Below are positions 9,864 to 18,998 of a stretch of 64,000 bases of DNA, one piece after another. Source of the stretch: Terriglobia bacterium (GTDB lineage Bacteria > Acidobacteriota > Terriglobia > 2-12-FULL-54-10). Under the pieces are notes generated by a model. The model made no database searches, had not been told where the DNA came from, and worked only from the letters and a program-made list of their open reading frames with translations. The translations under genes were made by a program, and so were the position numbers. Each line of letters begins with the position of its first letter. Position 1 is the first letter of the stretch. The stretch spans positions 1,184,001 to 1,248,000 of the forward strand of contig CAXVYR010000003.1 of the NCBI GenBank assembly GCA_963666975.2, read 5' to 3'.

Positions 9864-11867
9864 ATGCCACGATATTATCTGACCACGCCGCTCTACTACG
9901 TAAACGCAGCTCCGCACCTGGGGCATACCTACAGCACACTCGTGGCGGACACCATCCGCCGCTTCAAAAAAATGGAAGGCTATGACGCTTTCCTGCTCAC
10001 CGGAACCGACGAACACGGGCAGAAAGTAGAGAGAGCAGCCACCGCCGCCGGGCTGTCGCCGCAGCAGTTCGCCGATCAAGTGTCCTCTCTGTTCCGAGAA
10101 TCGTGGCGCCGCCTGGGAGTGGAATTTGACGGCTTCATTCGAACCACTTCCCAGAATCATCACGCGGCGGTGAGGAAGATTTTTGAGGCGGTCGAGAAAG
10201 CCGGCTACATCTACAAGGGGAGCTACACCGGCCAGTATTGCATCGTCGACGAGCTGTACGCTTCCGAGGCCGGTCCCGGCGATCCGTGCCCGGAGTGCGG
10301 ACGGCCTACAGAAACCGTCACGGAGGAAAATTACTTCTTCAAGCTCTCCGCCTTTCAGGACCGTTTGCTGGCGTATTACCAAGAGCATCCTGACTTCATC
10401 CGCCCGGAGACCCGCCGCAACGAGGTGATGGCCTTCGTGCGGGGAGGGCTGCGTGATGTCTCGATCAGCCGCACCACGCTGAAGTGGGGCATTCCGTTGC
10501 CCGCAGCATCGCAGGAAAAATCGGATGCCCAGCACGTCTTCTACGTCTGGTTTGACGCGCTGACTGGATATCTGAGCGGAATCGGTTACGGGGAGGAAGG
10601 AGAATCCGGAGAGGCCTTCCTTTTTGGCAACCTATGGCCGGCTGATCTGCATTTGGTCGGCAAGGAGATCCTGCGATTCCACGCCGTTTATTGGCCCGCT
10701 TTTCTGATGGCTGCGGGACTGCCGCTTCCCCGCGGAATCTTTGCCCACGGCTGGCTGCTGTTTGAAGAAGGCAAAATGAGCAAGTCGCGCGGAAACATCA
10801 TCCAGGCCGAGCCGATCCGGGAGGTTTTGGGCACCGACGCCCTGCGGTATTTCCTGCTGCGCGAGATTCCCTTCGGACAGGATGGCCATTTTTCCTACGA
10901 TGCGCTGCTCGGCCGTTACAACTCCGATCTGGCAAACGATTGGGGGAACCTGGTCAGCCGCACGCTCAAAATGATCAGCCGATACTTCAAGGGCACGATC
11001 CCCTACCCCTCGGCTCTGGCACAACGCTCGGAGCACGACCGGAAAATTTTGGAGTTGGGCGAAAAGACGATCTCCCGCTACCGCGGCTGTTTTGACCGCT
11101 TTGAATTCCCCGCCGGCCTGGAGGCGATCTGGGAGTTGATCGGAGCAGTCAACAAATACCTGGTGGAGACCGAGCCGTGGGCTTTGGCGGAAAAAAACAC
11201 CGACGCCGACCGCTCCCGACTGGCTACGGTTCTCTATACGGCGGCGGAGGCCGTGCGCGTCGCGACGCAATTGCTGGCTCCGGTCATGCCGCAAGCAACC
11301 GCCAAGATATGGCAGCAGCTCGGCCAGACCTCGGACCTATCTCTGCTGTCGCTAGACGATATTAGCCGGTCTCCGCTGGCAACCGGAGAGCAGATTGGCA
11401 AGGTGGAGCCGGTCTTTCCGCGCCTCGACAAAGGGACAACCATCTCCAAACTGATCCAGTTGCAAGAACAAGCCTCCCAAAAGAGCCTGCCGACAAAAGC
11501 GAGTGAGGGAGCTGCGGCTGCGCAGCAAGCTACCGGCGAGATGATTCCGTTGGAAGACTTCCTCAAACTGGACCTGCGCGCCGGGGAAGTGCGCGTAGCG
11601 GAGAGGGTCAAGGGAGCCACCAAATTGCTGCGGCTGGAGGTGGATATTGGAACCGAGGTTCGGCAGATTGTATCCGGAATTGCCGAGGCTTATTCGCCGG
11701 AGGACTTGCTCGGCAAGAAGGTGGTCATTATAGCCAACCTCGCTCCCCGCAAGTTCCGCGGCATCGAATCGAACGGCATGATCGTGGCCGCATCGGTCGG
11801 CAAGGATGACCGGCCGGTCCTGGTGACCTTCACCGAAGACGTTCCCAATGGAGCACGGTTGCGCTGA
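9864..11867 (+). CDS. metG: methionine--tRNA ligase with C-terminal tRNA-binding OB domain
   Basis: YYVNAAPHLGH, GTDEHGQK, YVWFDAL, KMSKS, ANLAPRK..GIESNGM. Confidence 0.97.
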   Translation: MPRYYLTTPLYYVNAAPHLGHTYSTLVADTIRRFKKMEGYDAFLLTGTDEHGQKVERAATAAGLSPQQFADQVSSLFRESWRRLGVEFDGFIRTTSQNHHAAVRKIFEAVEKAGYIYKGSYTGQYCIVDELYASEAGPGDPCPECGRPTETVTEENYFFKLSAFQDRLLAYYQEHPDFIRPETRRNEVMAFVRGGLRDVSISRTTLKWGIPLPAASQEKSDAQHVFYVWFDALTGYLSGIGYGEEGESGEAFLFGNLWPADLHLVGKEILRFHAVYWPAFLMAAGLPLPRGIFAHGWLLFEEGKMSKSRGNIIQAEPIREVLGTDALRYFLLREIPFGQDGHFSYDALLGRYNSDLANDWGNLVSRTLKMISRYFKGTIPYPSALAQRSEHDRKILELGEKTISRYRGCFDRFEFPAGLEAIWELIGAVNKYLVETEPWALAEKNTDADRSRLATVLYTAAEAVRVATQLLAPVMPQATAKIWQQLGQTSDLSLLSLDDISRSPLATGEQIGKVEPVFPRLDKGTTISKLIQLQEQASQKSLPTKASEGAAAAQQATGEMIPLEDFLKLDLRAGEVRVAERVKGATKLLRLEVDIGTEVRQIVSGIAEAYSPEDLLGKKVVIIANLAPRKFRGIESNGMIVAASVGKDDRPVLVTFTEDVPNGARLR

Positions 11868-12676
11868 TGTTTGTGGACTCGCATGCTCACCTGGAGTTTC
11901 CTGATTTTGACGGCGACCGCGAAGCAGTTTTTGAGCGGGCGCGGGCGAGCGGCGTGCAATCCATCCTGGCGATCGGCAGCGGGACCGGGCCTCATCGGCT
12001 GCGGGCCGGGCTGGATATGGCCGAGGGGAAGGATTGGGTCCATCCGACGGTGGGAATTCATCCTCACGAAGCGCGGCTCGCCACGGAAGACCACTTTGCG
12101 GAACTGGCCCGCCTGGCAGCGGATCCGAGCGTGGTGGCGATGGGAGAATTGGGGCTCGACTATCATTACGATCATTCACCGCGCGAGATTCAGCAGCAGG
12201 TTTTTCTCCGCCAGATTGAGATGGCCGGGCAAGCTCGTTTGCCCCTGGTGATCCACTGCCGCGAGGCCTGGGAAGACTGCCTCCGCATTCTGGAACAGCA
12301 TTGGAAACGCACTGGACTGGGAGGCATCCTGCATTGCTTCAGCGGTTCGTTTCAGGATGCCCGACGGGGGATGGACGCCGGGTTCCTGGTTTCGTTTGCA
12401 GGCAACCTGACGTTTCCCAAAGCCGGGGCGTTGCGCGAAGTGGCAGCGCAAATTCCCCGGGACCGGCTGCTGATTGAAACCGACTCCCCCTTTCTGACGC
12501 CGGTCCCGCACCGCGGGAAACGCAACGAGCCGTCCTTTGTTCTGCATGTTGCAAAGCAACTCGGAGCTTTGCAGGGTCTCTCGGCAGAAGAGGCGGGCAG
12601 CTATACATCTCACAATTTTTTTCAATGGATGGAGCGTGCCCGGAGGCGAGACGCTGTTGCCGGACAAACTTCTTAA
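11867..12676 (+). CDS. tatD: TatD-family DNase
   Basis: DSHAH, GIHPH, GELGLDY, IHCREA, LHCFSG, ETDSP; coupled to metG (TGATG). Confidence 0.93.
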   Translation: MFVDSHAHLEFPDFDGDREAVFERARASGVQSILAIGSGTGPHRLRAGLDMAEGKDWVHPTVGIHPHEARLATEDHFAELARLAADPSVVAMGELGLDYHYDHSPREIQQQVFLRQIEMAGQARLPLVIHCREAWEDCLRILEQHWKRTGLGGILHCFSGSFQDARRGMDAGFLVSFAGNLTFPKAGALREVAAQIPRDRLLIETDSPFLTPVPHRGKRNEPSFVLHVAKQLGALQGLSAEEAGSYTSHNFFQWMERARRRDAVAGQTS

Positions 12677-12687
12677 AACAATCCTTG

Positions 12688-12696
12688 TGCTATACT
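12688..12696 (+). promoter_or_regulatory. extended -10 promoter element for the polyprenyl synthase gene
   Basis: TGcTATACT about 50 nt upstream of the ATG. Confidence 0.45.
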
Positions 12697-12747
12697 GCCG
12701 GGGCATATTAGATTAAGGCTTTTCGCGTTTCTTCCTTTCGAGTTGCC

Positions 12748-13749
12748 ATGAAGACTATTGCATCGCCTCCCCTCCTGTCGTGGCAAGAAACCTTCGAATT
12801 GGTCCGCCCGGAATTGGGGCTGGTGGAACAGCAGTTCCGGGCCGAAATGGCTTCCGGCGTTCCGGCCGTTACCACCATCGGGCAATATCTTCAAATCAGC
12901 GGCGGTAAGCGGCTGCGTCCGGCCCTGGTGCTGCTGGCGACCAAGCTTTTTGGAAACGCCAGCAAGGCGGCCATCCACTTGGCGGCGGTGGTAGAGATGA
13001 TTCATACCGCCACCTTGGTTCATGACGACGTGATTGACGAAGCAGACCGGAGACGGGGACGGCCTTCCACCAATTCCCGCTGGGGCAACCATACCAGCGT
13101 GCTGGCCGGCGACTGGCTCTACATGCAAGCCTTCAAGACCGCGCTCCAGGAGCGCAACTTCCGAATTCTGGACATTCTGATTGAGCTGACTCAAATGATG
13201 GTGGAGGGCGAGCTAATTCAGTTAGAGATGATCGGCAAGCTGGATTTGACCGTGGAGCAACATCTCGACCTGGTCCATCGTAAGACAGCGTGCCTGTTCG
13301 GGGCCTGCACCCGCCTGGGCGCGGTGCTGAACGGGCAAGACCAGCAGACGGAACACCTGCTGGGCGAGTACGGCAGGAATTTGGGAATGGCCTTTCAATT
13401 GGTGGACGACCTGCTGGATTTCACGGCGAGCGAGGCGGCCTTGGGCAAGCCGGTGGGCAGCGACCTGCGCGAAGGGAAAGCAACCCTTTCGCTGATCTAC
13501 TTGCTGGAGGGCTGCACTGCCGAGGAGCAAGCCCAGGTAGCCACAGTCATGGAGGAGCGCTCCTTTCAGTCCGTGCCCTGGAAGGGCTTGCTGGAAATCC
13601 TCCACCGTTACGAAATCCCCCGCCGGGTGAAGGAGCAAGCTCGCCGCTACTCCCAAAGTGCCCTCCAATACCTGGAAAGCTTTCCTGATTCTCCTTATAA
13701 ACGCGCCCTGACGGCTCTGCCGGATTTTGTTGTGAACCGGAACAGCTAA
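12748..13749 (+). CDS. ispB: long-chain polyprenyl diphosphate synthase
   Basis: GGKRLRP, HTATLVHDDVID..RRG (FARM), FQLVDDLLD (SARM), GKPVGSDLREGK. Confidence 0.9.
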   Translation: MKTIASPPLLSWQETFELVRPELGLVEQQFRAEMASGVPAVTTIGQYLQISGGKRLRPALVLLATKLFGNASKAAIHLAAVVEMIHTATLVHDDVIDEADRRRGRPSTNSRWGNHTSVLAGDWLYMQAFKTALQERNFRILDILIELTQMMVEGELIQLEMIGKLDLTVEQHLDLVHRKTACLFGACTRLGAVLNGQDQQTEHLLGEYGRNLGMAFQLVDDLLDFTASEAALGKPVGSDLREGKATLSLIYLLEGCTAEEQAQVATVMEERSFQSVPWKGLLEILHRYEIPRRVKEQARRYSQSALQYLESFPDSPYKRALTALPDFVVNRNS

Positions 13750-13827
13750 GCTGTGCTCACCGGACAAACACGTTTCCCCAGGCCGTCCGATCCACAATTC
13801 ACCAGCGGAACCGCAACATGCGTAACC

Positions 13828-14511
13828 ATGCCTAACCGGGAGACAGAAGTAAAAATCAGAATTGCGGATGTGAAAGGCGTCCAGAAACAATTGCGAAAGA
13901 TCGGGTTCCGCCTGCGGCACTCCCGGTCCCTGGAAGACAACACTTTGTTCGATACGCCGGACCGCAAGCTGCGGAAGGTTCGTTCCATCCTTCGCTTGCG
14001 GCACTATGGCCGCCGATGGATTTTATCCTACAAGGGCACGCCTTCACCGGACCGCTTTTATAAGTCGCGGGTGGAGATCGAAACAGAGATCGAAAAACCA
14101 CAAGCATTCCGTTCCATCTTTGCGGTCCTCGGTCTCCAGCCTGTATTTCGATACCAAAAATACCGCCGCCATTACGCCCCCCCCAGCCGGAAAGGACATA
14201 AAGGAAACCTCCGAAAAACAGCGCTGCGAAAAGCAGCGCAGGGAGAAATAGTGCTGGACGAAACGCCGATCGGTAATTTCCTGGAGCTGGAGGGAAGCCG
14301 GGTTTGGATTGACCGGGTGGCGCGTCAACTGGGATACTCGCGACGCGATTACAGCACGTCTTCCTACGGCGCGCTTTATCTGGAGGATTGCCGGAAGCAG
14401 AATATCCCGCCGGGCGACATGGTGTTTTCCGCCGGGGACACCGGAAAAAGAAAACCGGAGCAAGACCTCTTTCGGGTTCCACAAAACACCGGAAGGCCGA
14501 AAACTTCTTGA
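13828..14511 (+). CDS. CYTH-domain protein (class IV adenylate cyclase-like)
   Basis: ETEVK (ExExK), LRLR, RVEIE, KYRR, LDETPIGNFLELEG. Confidence 0.88.
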   Translation: MPNRETEVKIRIADVKGVQKQLRKIGFRLRHSRSLEDNTLFDTPDRKLRKVRSILRLRHYGRRWILSYKGTPSPDRFYKSRVEIETEIEKPQAFRSIFAVLGLQPVFRYQKYRRHYAPPSRKGHKGNLRKTALRKAAQGEIVLDETPIGNFLELEGSRVWIDRVARQLGYSRRDYSTSSYGALYLEDCRKQNIPPGDMVFSAGDTGKRKPEQDLFRVPQNTGRPKTS

Positions 14512-14533
14512 CAAGGAAGCGCTAAAAATCTTA

Positions 14534-15254
14534 GGGGCTGTCCTAGCTAAGCAGATTGCTTAGGGATAGGATGGCGATATGTACGAACGGCGTAGTCGGC
14601 TGAGCAAGGCGAAGCGGGATCGGTTGGTGGAGCACTTCGTTGCCGGGACGACGGCACGGGCGGCGGCTGAGCTTGTCGGGGTTCATCGGAACACGGCCGC
14701 TTCGTTCTATACACGGATTCGCACGGTGATTGCCGAGGAGACCCAGAAAGCCTCTTCGGTTTGCGGCGAAATCGAAGTGGACGAGAGTTACTTCGGTGGT
14801 CGCCGCAAGGGCAAACGCGGTCGTGGTGCTGGCGGGAAAGTCCCGGTTTTCGGGCTTTTGAAGCGTGGAGGAAGGGTCTACACGGTGATGATCCCCAATG
14901 CCCGTACGGACACGTTGATGCCGATCATGGAGCGCCTGATCCAGCCCGACAGCATCGTCTACACGGATGGCTTTTCGAGCTACGATGCTCTGGATGTGTC
15001 GGACTTCCACCATGTTCGGATCAACCACTCGGAACGGTTCGTCGACGAACGGAACCACATCAATGGGATCGAGAACTTCTGGAACCAGGCAAAGCGGCAT
15101 CTTCGGCGCTTCAACGGGGTGCCCAAACAGAGTTTTCACCTCTTCCTGAAGGAGTGCGAATGGCGCTTCAATGGCGGTAACCACCGGACACTGCTTAACC
15201 AATTGAAGACATGGATCAAATCGAGACAGAATCACCCTTAGCTAGGACAGCCCC
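14534..15254 (+). mobile_element. IS1595-family (IS1016 group) insertion sequence, 721 bp
   Basis: Perfect 18-bp TIR GGGGCTGTCCTAGCTAAG; 8-bp TSD AAATCTTA at 14526-14533 and 15255-15262. Confidence 0.95.
14579..15241 (+). CDS. IS1595-family transposase
   Basis: EVDESYFGG, GRGAGGK, VYTDG..SY, HINGIENFW, LKECEWRFN. Confidence 0.95.
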   Translation: MYERRSRLSKAKRDRLVEHFVAGTTARAAAELVGVHRNTAASFYTRIRTVIAEETQKASSVCGEIEVDESYFGGRRKGKRGRGAGGKVPVFGLLKRGGRVYTVMIPNARTDTLMPIMERLIQPDSIVYTDGFSSYDALDVSDFHHVRINHSERFVDERNHINGIENFWNQAKRHLRRFNGVPKQSFHLFLKECEWRFNGGNHRTLLNQLKTWIKSRQNHP

Positions 15255-15370
15255 AAATCTTATTAAGTCTTGGGGGGCGAAAAATGTAGGGCGAAACAAA
15301 AATACACTTGATTCCCTGAAAGCTGGAGCTTTTATGCCCGACGGCCTTATCCGCATGCGATTTCGCCAAA

Positions 15371-15496
15371 GCCGGGGGCTTCGGCCAGAGAGACCGGGAG
15401 ATTTTAGCTTTGTCCCAACTACGGCCAAAACCCGCAGGCAAGCGGGCTGTGGCCGGGAACCGACGCCTCCCGTGGCGAATGGCCACGGGATTTTTT
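15371..15496 (+). promoter_or_regulatory. structured 5' leader, candidate cis-regulatory RNA or attenuator of the Mg transporter operon
   Basis: GGC-TTCG-GCC tetraloop; GGGA/TCCC stem; CGGCCA/TGGCCG plus CCCGC/GCGGG two-part stem; followed by an intrinsic terminator. Confidence 0.6.
15468..15496 (+). terminator. intrinsic terminator within the leader
   Basis: TCCCGTGGC-gaatg-GCCACGGGA (9-bp perfect stem) plus TTTTTT, 46 nt before ATG 15543. Confidence 0.8.
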
Positions 15497-15542
15497 GGGG
15501 CTGTTTGTTACCCAGCCAGAGAGACGAGACAGGAAGGCAAGC

Positions 15543-16787
15543 ATGCTGTATTTGACAGAAATTCTGGGATTGCCCGTCATAGACTCTTCCGGAAAGAAGG
15601 CCGGGAAAGTGGCGGAGTTGGCCGTTGCTTCGGTTGTGCAGCCATCGCGCGTGGCTATGCTGCTGCTGAAAAACACCAAGGGGAAACCCTCCATCGCGGT
15701 GCCGTTTGAGAATGTTTCGGCCTTTTCGTCCGAGGAGATCCGCCTGCGGGTTGCCAGGGAAAAACTGGAACTGTTCCAGCCGGATGAAGCTTTGCTCCTG
15801 CTGCGCAAGGACTTGCTCGACCAGCAAATCATCGACGTCAACGGGCGCAAGGTGGTGCGCGTCAATGATCTCTCTTTCAGCGAACAGGTTGTAAACGGCC
15901 ACACGGAACTTTTACTGAGCGAAGTGGACATCGGGCTCAGCGGAGCCTTGCGCCGTTTGCTGCACGGAGCCCTGCCCCGGACTTGGCTGCGGAAACTGGA
16001 ATCCCATGTAAAGGGAACCTTCATCCGTTGGGAATTTGTTGACCTGCTGGAAGCTGACCCTCTCCGGCAGGTGAAGCTGAACATTTCCCACAAGGTTTTA
16101 AGGGGGCTCCACCCGGCTGACTTAGCCGACATCATGGAAGAGCTGGCGCCCAAAGAACGGCAAGCGATCTTCACCGCCCTGGACGATGCCACGGCCGCAG
16201 CAGCCCTCTCTGAAATTCCCCGGAAGTTACAGGTTTCCATTCTTGATTCGCTGGAAAAAACCAGGGCGGCAGACATACTGGAAGAAATGCCGCCGGACGC
16301 CGCCGCGGACTTGCTGGCGGAGCTTCCCGCCGAAACCAGCACCGAGCTGCTCCAGGATATGGACCGCGAGGAAGCCGCCGAGTTGGGCGAGTTGCTCGGG
16401 TTTCCAGAAAACAGCGCCGGCGGCCGGATGACCACCGATTATGTGGCCATTCCCTCTACGGCCGACGTTGAAGCCGCCAGTAATTTGATTCGCGGCGCTC
16501 CGGAATTACCTGAGAATTTCGCCGCGATTTTCCTCGTGGACACGGAAGGAAAGCTGATAGGCACTGTGGCCTTGTCGCAATTGATTGTTGCGGAACCGCA
16601 GACAAGCCTGGAAGAGTTGCAATCGGAGCCGCTGCTCTCCATTCCGGCGCAAGCTCCGGAAGAAGACATCGTGGAACTGTTCGACAAATACAACCTGCTT
16701 TCCTTGCCCGTGGTGGACGAGGAACAAATTTTGATCGGGGTCGTGACCGTCGACGACATTGTCAGCGTTCTGCGCAAGAAAAGCTGA
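15543..16787 (+). CDS. soluble PRC-barrel + MgtE N-terminal + CBS-pair protein (no MgtE TM domain)
   Basis: DLLDQQIIDVNGRKVVRVND, LHPADLADI, MPPDAAADLL, SAGGRMT, FDKYNLLSLPVVD..GVVTVDD; ends after the CBS pair. Confidence 0.88.
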   Translation: MLYLTEILGLPVIDSSGKKAGKVAELAVASVVQPSRVAMLLLKNTKGKPSIAVPFENVSAFSSEEIRLRVAREKLELFQPDEALLLLRKDLLDQQIIDVNGRKVVRVNDLSFSEQVVNGHTELLLSEVDIGLSGALRRLLHGALPRTWLRKLESHVKGTFIRWEFVDLLEADPLRQVKLNISHKVLRGLHPADLADIMEELAPKERQAIFTALDDATAAAALSEIPRKLQVSILDSLEKTRAADILEEMPPDAAADLLAELPAETSTELLQDMDREEAAELGELLGFPENSAGGRMTTDYVAIPSTADVEAASNLIRGAPELPENFAAIFLVDTEGKLIGTVALSQLIVAEPQTSLEELQSEPLLSIPAQAPEEDIVELFDKYNLLSLPVVDEEQILIGVVTVDDIVSVLRKKS

Positions 16788-16850
16788 ACCGGCTGGTGCC
16801 CATGACTGCCATAAACTTTTTATCCGAACCACCCCGGAAACCGGAACAAG

Positions 16851-18089
16851 ATGAACTTCCTGAAACGCTGGAAGACCCACATCCTGATCTTTCTCGCCGT
16901 CATCGGCCCGGGCTTTATTACGGCCAATGTCGACAACGACGCCGGCGGCATCTATACCTATTCGCTCGCCGGAGCGCGCTACGGGTATACCTTGCTGTGG
17001 ACGCTGATCCCGATCACCTTCGTGCTGATCGTCGTCCAGGAGATGAGCGCGCGCCTGGGAGCGGTAACGGGCAAGGGGCTCGCTGACCTCATCCGCGAGG
17101 AATTCGGCTTTCGCATTACATTCTTTTTGATGCTCGTCCTGACTGTGGCCAACCTGGCCAACGTCATGGCGGAGTTTGCCGGGGTGGCCTCCAGCATGGC
17201 GATCTTCGGCATCTCGAAATACATCTCGGTGCCGGTCGTGGCGTTCTTTGTGTGGCTTCTGGTGGTGCGGGGCACGTACAAATCCGTCGAGAAGGTGTTC
17301 CTGTTTGCTTGCAGCTTCTATGTTTGCTACATCATTTCCGGCGTGCTGGCGAAACCGGATTGGATCGAGGCCGCCCAAGCCGTGGTCCGGCCAACGATTC
17401 ACATGGAAACCGGCTACCTGATTATGCTGGTGGGAATGATAGGGGCGACCGTCGCGCCGTGGATGCAGTTCTACTTGCAATCGGCCATCGTCGAAAAGGG
17501 AGTCGGGCAGAAGCAATATGCAGAGTCCCGGCTGGAAGTGATCGTAGGTTGTCTGGTCATGGTCGGTGTGACGTTCTTCATCATCGTGGCTTGCGCGGCG
17601 ACCATACATACCAATGGCCGGCAAGACATTGTCGACGCCGCAGACGCCGCCATCGCATTGCGGCCTCTCGCCGGTGATTACGCCTCGCTTCTGTTTGCTT
17701 TTGGATTGTTTAATGCGTCCGTGTTCGCAGCCTCCATTCTTCCGCTTGCCACGGCCTATTCCGTCTGCGAAGGGCTGGGATTTGAAGCCGGGGTCAACAA
17801 AAAGTTCCGGGAAGCGCCGGTCTTCTACTGGCTGTATACCTTGCTCATCGTGATAGGAGGCGGTTTGATTTTAATTCCTGGAATTCCGCTGGTCCTGGTT
17901 TCCTACTTTTCCCAGGTAGCCAATGGTTTCTTGCTGCCGTTTGTGCTGGTCTTCTTGCTGTTGCTCGTCAACCGCGTGGACCTGATGGGCGGATTCAAGA
18001 ACTCCAGGGGATATAACTTGATTGCCGGATCAACGGTCGCGGTCCTTGTGGTGCTGACGCTGCTGTTGCTGGGCCTGGAGATTTTCTGA
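16851..18089 (+). CDS. Nramp-related divalent cation (probably Mg2+) transporter
   Basis: GPGFITANVDNDAGGIYTY (not the canonical DPGN), QEMSARLGAVTGKG, GATVAPWMQFY; about 11 TM helices. Confidence 0.88.
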   Translation: MNFLKRWKTHILIFLAVIGPGFITANVDNDAGGIYTYSLAGARYGYTLLWTLIPITFVLIVVQEMSARLGAVTGKGLADLIREEFGFRITFFLMLVLTVANLANVMAEFAGVASSMAIFGISKYISVPVVAFFVWLLVVRGTYKSVEKVFLFACSFYVCYIISGVLAKPDWIEAAQAVVRPTIHMETGYLIMLVGMIGATVAPWMQFYLQSAIVEKGVGQKQYAESRLEVIVGCLVMVGVTFFIIVACAATIHTNGRQDIVDAADAAIALRPLAGDYASLLFAFGLFNASVFAASILPLATAYSVCEGLGFEAGVNKKFREAPVFYWLYTLLIVIGGGLILIPGIPLVLVSYFSQVANGFLLPFVLVFLLLLVNRVDLMGGFKNSRGYNLIAGSTVAVLVVLTLLLLGLEIF

Positions 18090-18184
18090 AAACGAGTTGA
18101 GTACGTGGGCTATCTGCGGACGGGAGGAGGCAGAACTATGACGAACTGTCCAGGAATTTCACACGCGCCGGGAGAGAAAAGTTA

Positions 18185-18976
18185 ATGCTCACCAAAATAT
18201 TCGCCACGTTCTATCCCGTGACTTTGCTGTTTCTCCGAATTTTTGCCGGCTTCTTGTTTTGGGAGCGCGGAGCATCGAAGCTGTTGGGCTGGTTTGGCGG
18301 CAACCAAGCGGATTTTTTGACCCTGCTGTGGGTTGCCGCCATACTGGAGTTTTTGGGCGGTATCGCGATCGTAGCCGGACTGTTCACGCGCCCGGTTGCT
18401 TTCATTCTTGCCGGAGAGATGGCGGTTGCTTTTTTTATGGCTCACTTTCCCAGGGGCTTCTGGCCGATCGTGAACCAGGGAGAGCTGGCCGTTCTGTTTT
18501 GTTTCATCTTTCTGTTTCTGGCTGCTGCCGGACCAGGAAAACTTTCCTTTGAGGCTCTGCTCCCCGATAAAACCGGGCTGCGAAAACTATTTAGCCGCTT
18601 CTATCCCATGACGCTGACCTTGCTTCGGGTTGTTACCGGAGCGATGTTCTGGCAGCACGGGGTAAGGAAATTGTTTGGTCTGCTCGGCGGCAACCAAGTA
18701 GAATTCCTGGAATTACGCTGGTTTGCCGGCGTGCTGGAGTTTTTCGGAGGTCTGTTCATCGCGGGCGGCCTGTTTACCCGCCCTGTGGCCTTTCTACTCT
18801 CGGGAGAGATGGCGACCGCTTTCTTCCTGTCTCACTTCCCCAGAGGCTTCTGGCCGATCCAGAACGGGGGCGAGCGCGCGGTTCTGTTTTGCTTTATTTA
18901 TTTCTTCCTGGCTACAGCGGGTCCGGGAAGGTTGAGCCTGGACGGCCTCATGGCCCGCAAATCCAGCAAGCGCTGA
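18185..18976 (+). CDS. tandem double-DoxX membrane protein
   Basis: Two ~130-aa repeats, each with LR..G..F..G..KL, LEF.GG, GLFTRPVAF.L.GEMA.AF, HFPRGFWPI.N.GE, GPG.LS. Confidence 0.85.
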   Translation: MLTKIFATFYPVTLLFLRIFAGFLFWERGASKLLGWFGGNQADFLTLLWVAAILEFLGGIAIVAGLFTRPVAFILAGEMAVAFFMAHFPRGFWPIVNQGELAVLFCFIFLFLAAAGPGKLSFEALLPDKTGLRKLFSRFYPMTLTLLRVVTGAMFWQHGVRKLFGLLGGNQVEFLELRWFAGVLEFFGGLFIAGGLFTRPVAFLLSGEMATAFFLSHFPRGFWPIQNGGERAVLFCFIYFFLATAGPGRLSLDGLMARKSSKR

Positions 18977-18998
18977 TCGCTTCCATGCTTATTTCTTA

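Noticed and set aside
15263-15542. Canonical M-box riboswitch or leader peptide
   Set aside because: M-box signatures (GUUAGGUGAGGCUCC, CCAAUGGGU) were not found by eye, and I saw no convincing short ORF with an RBS.
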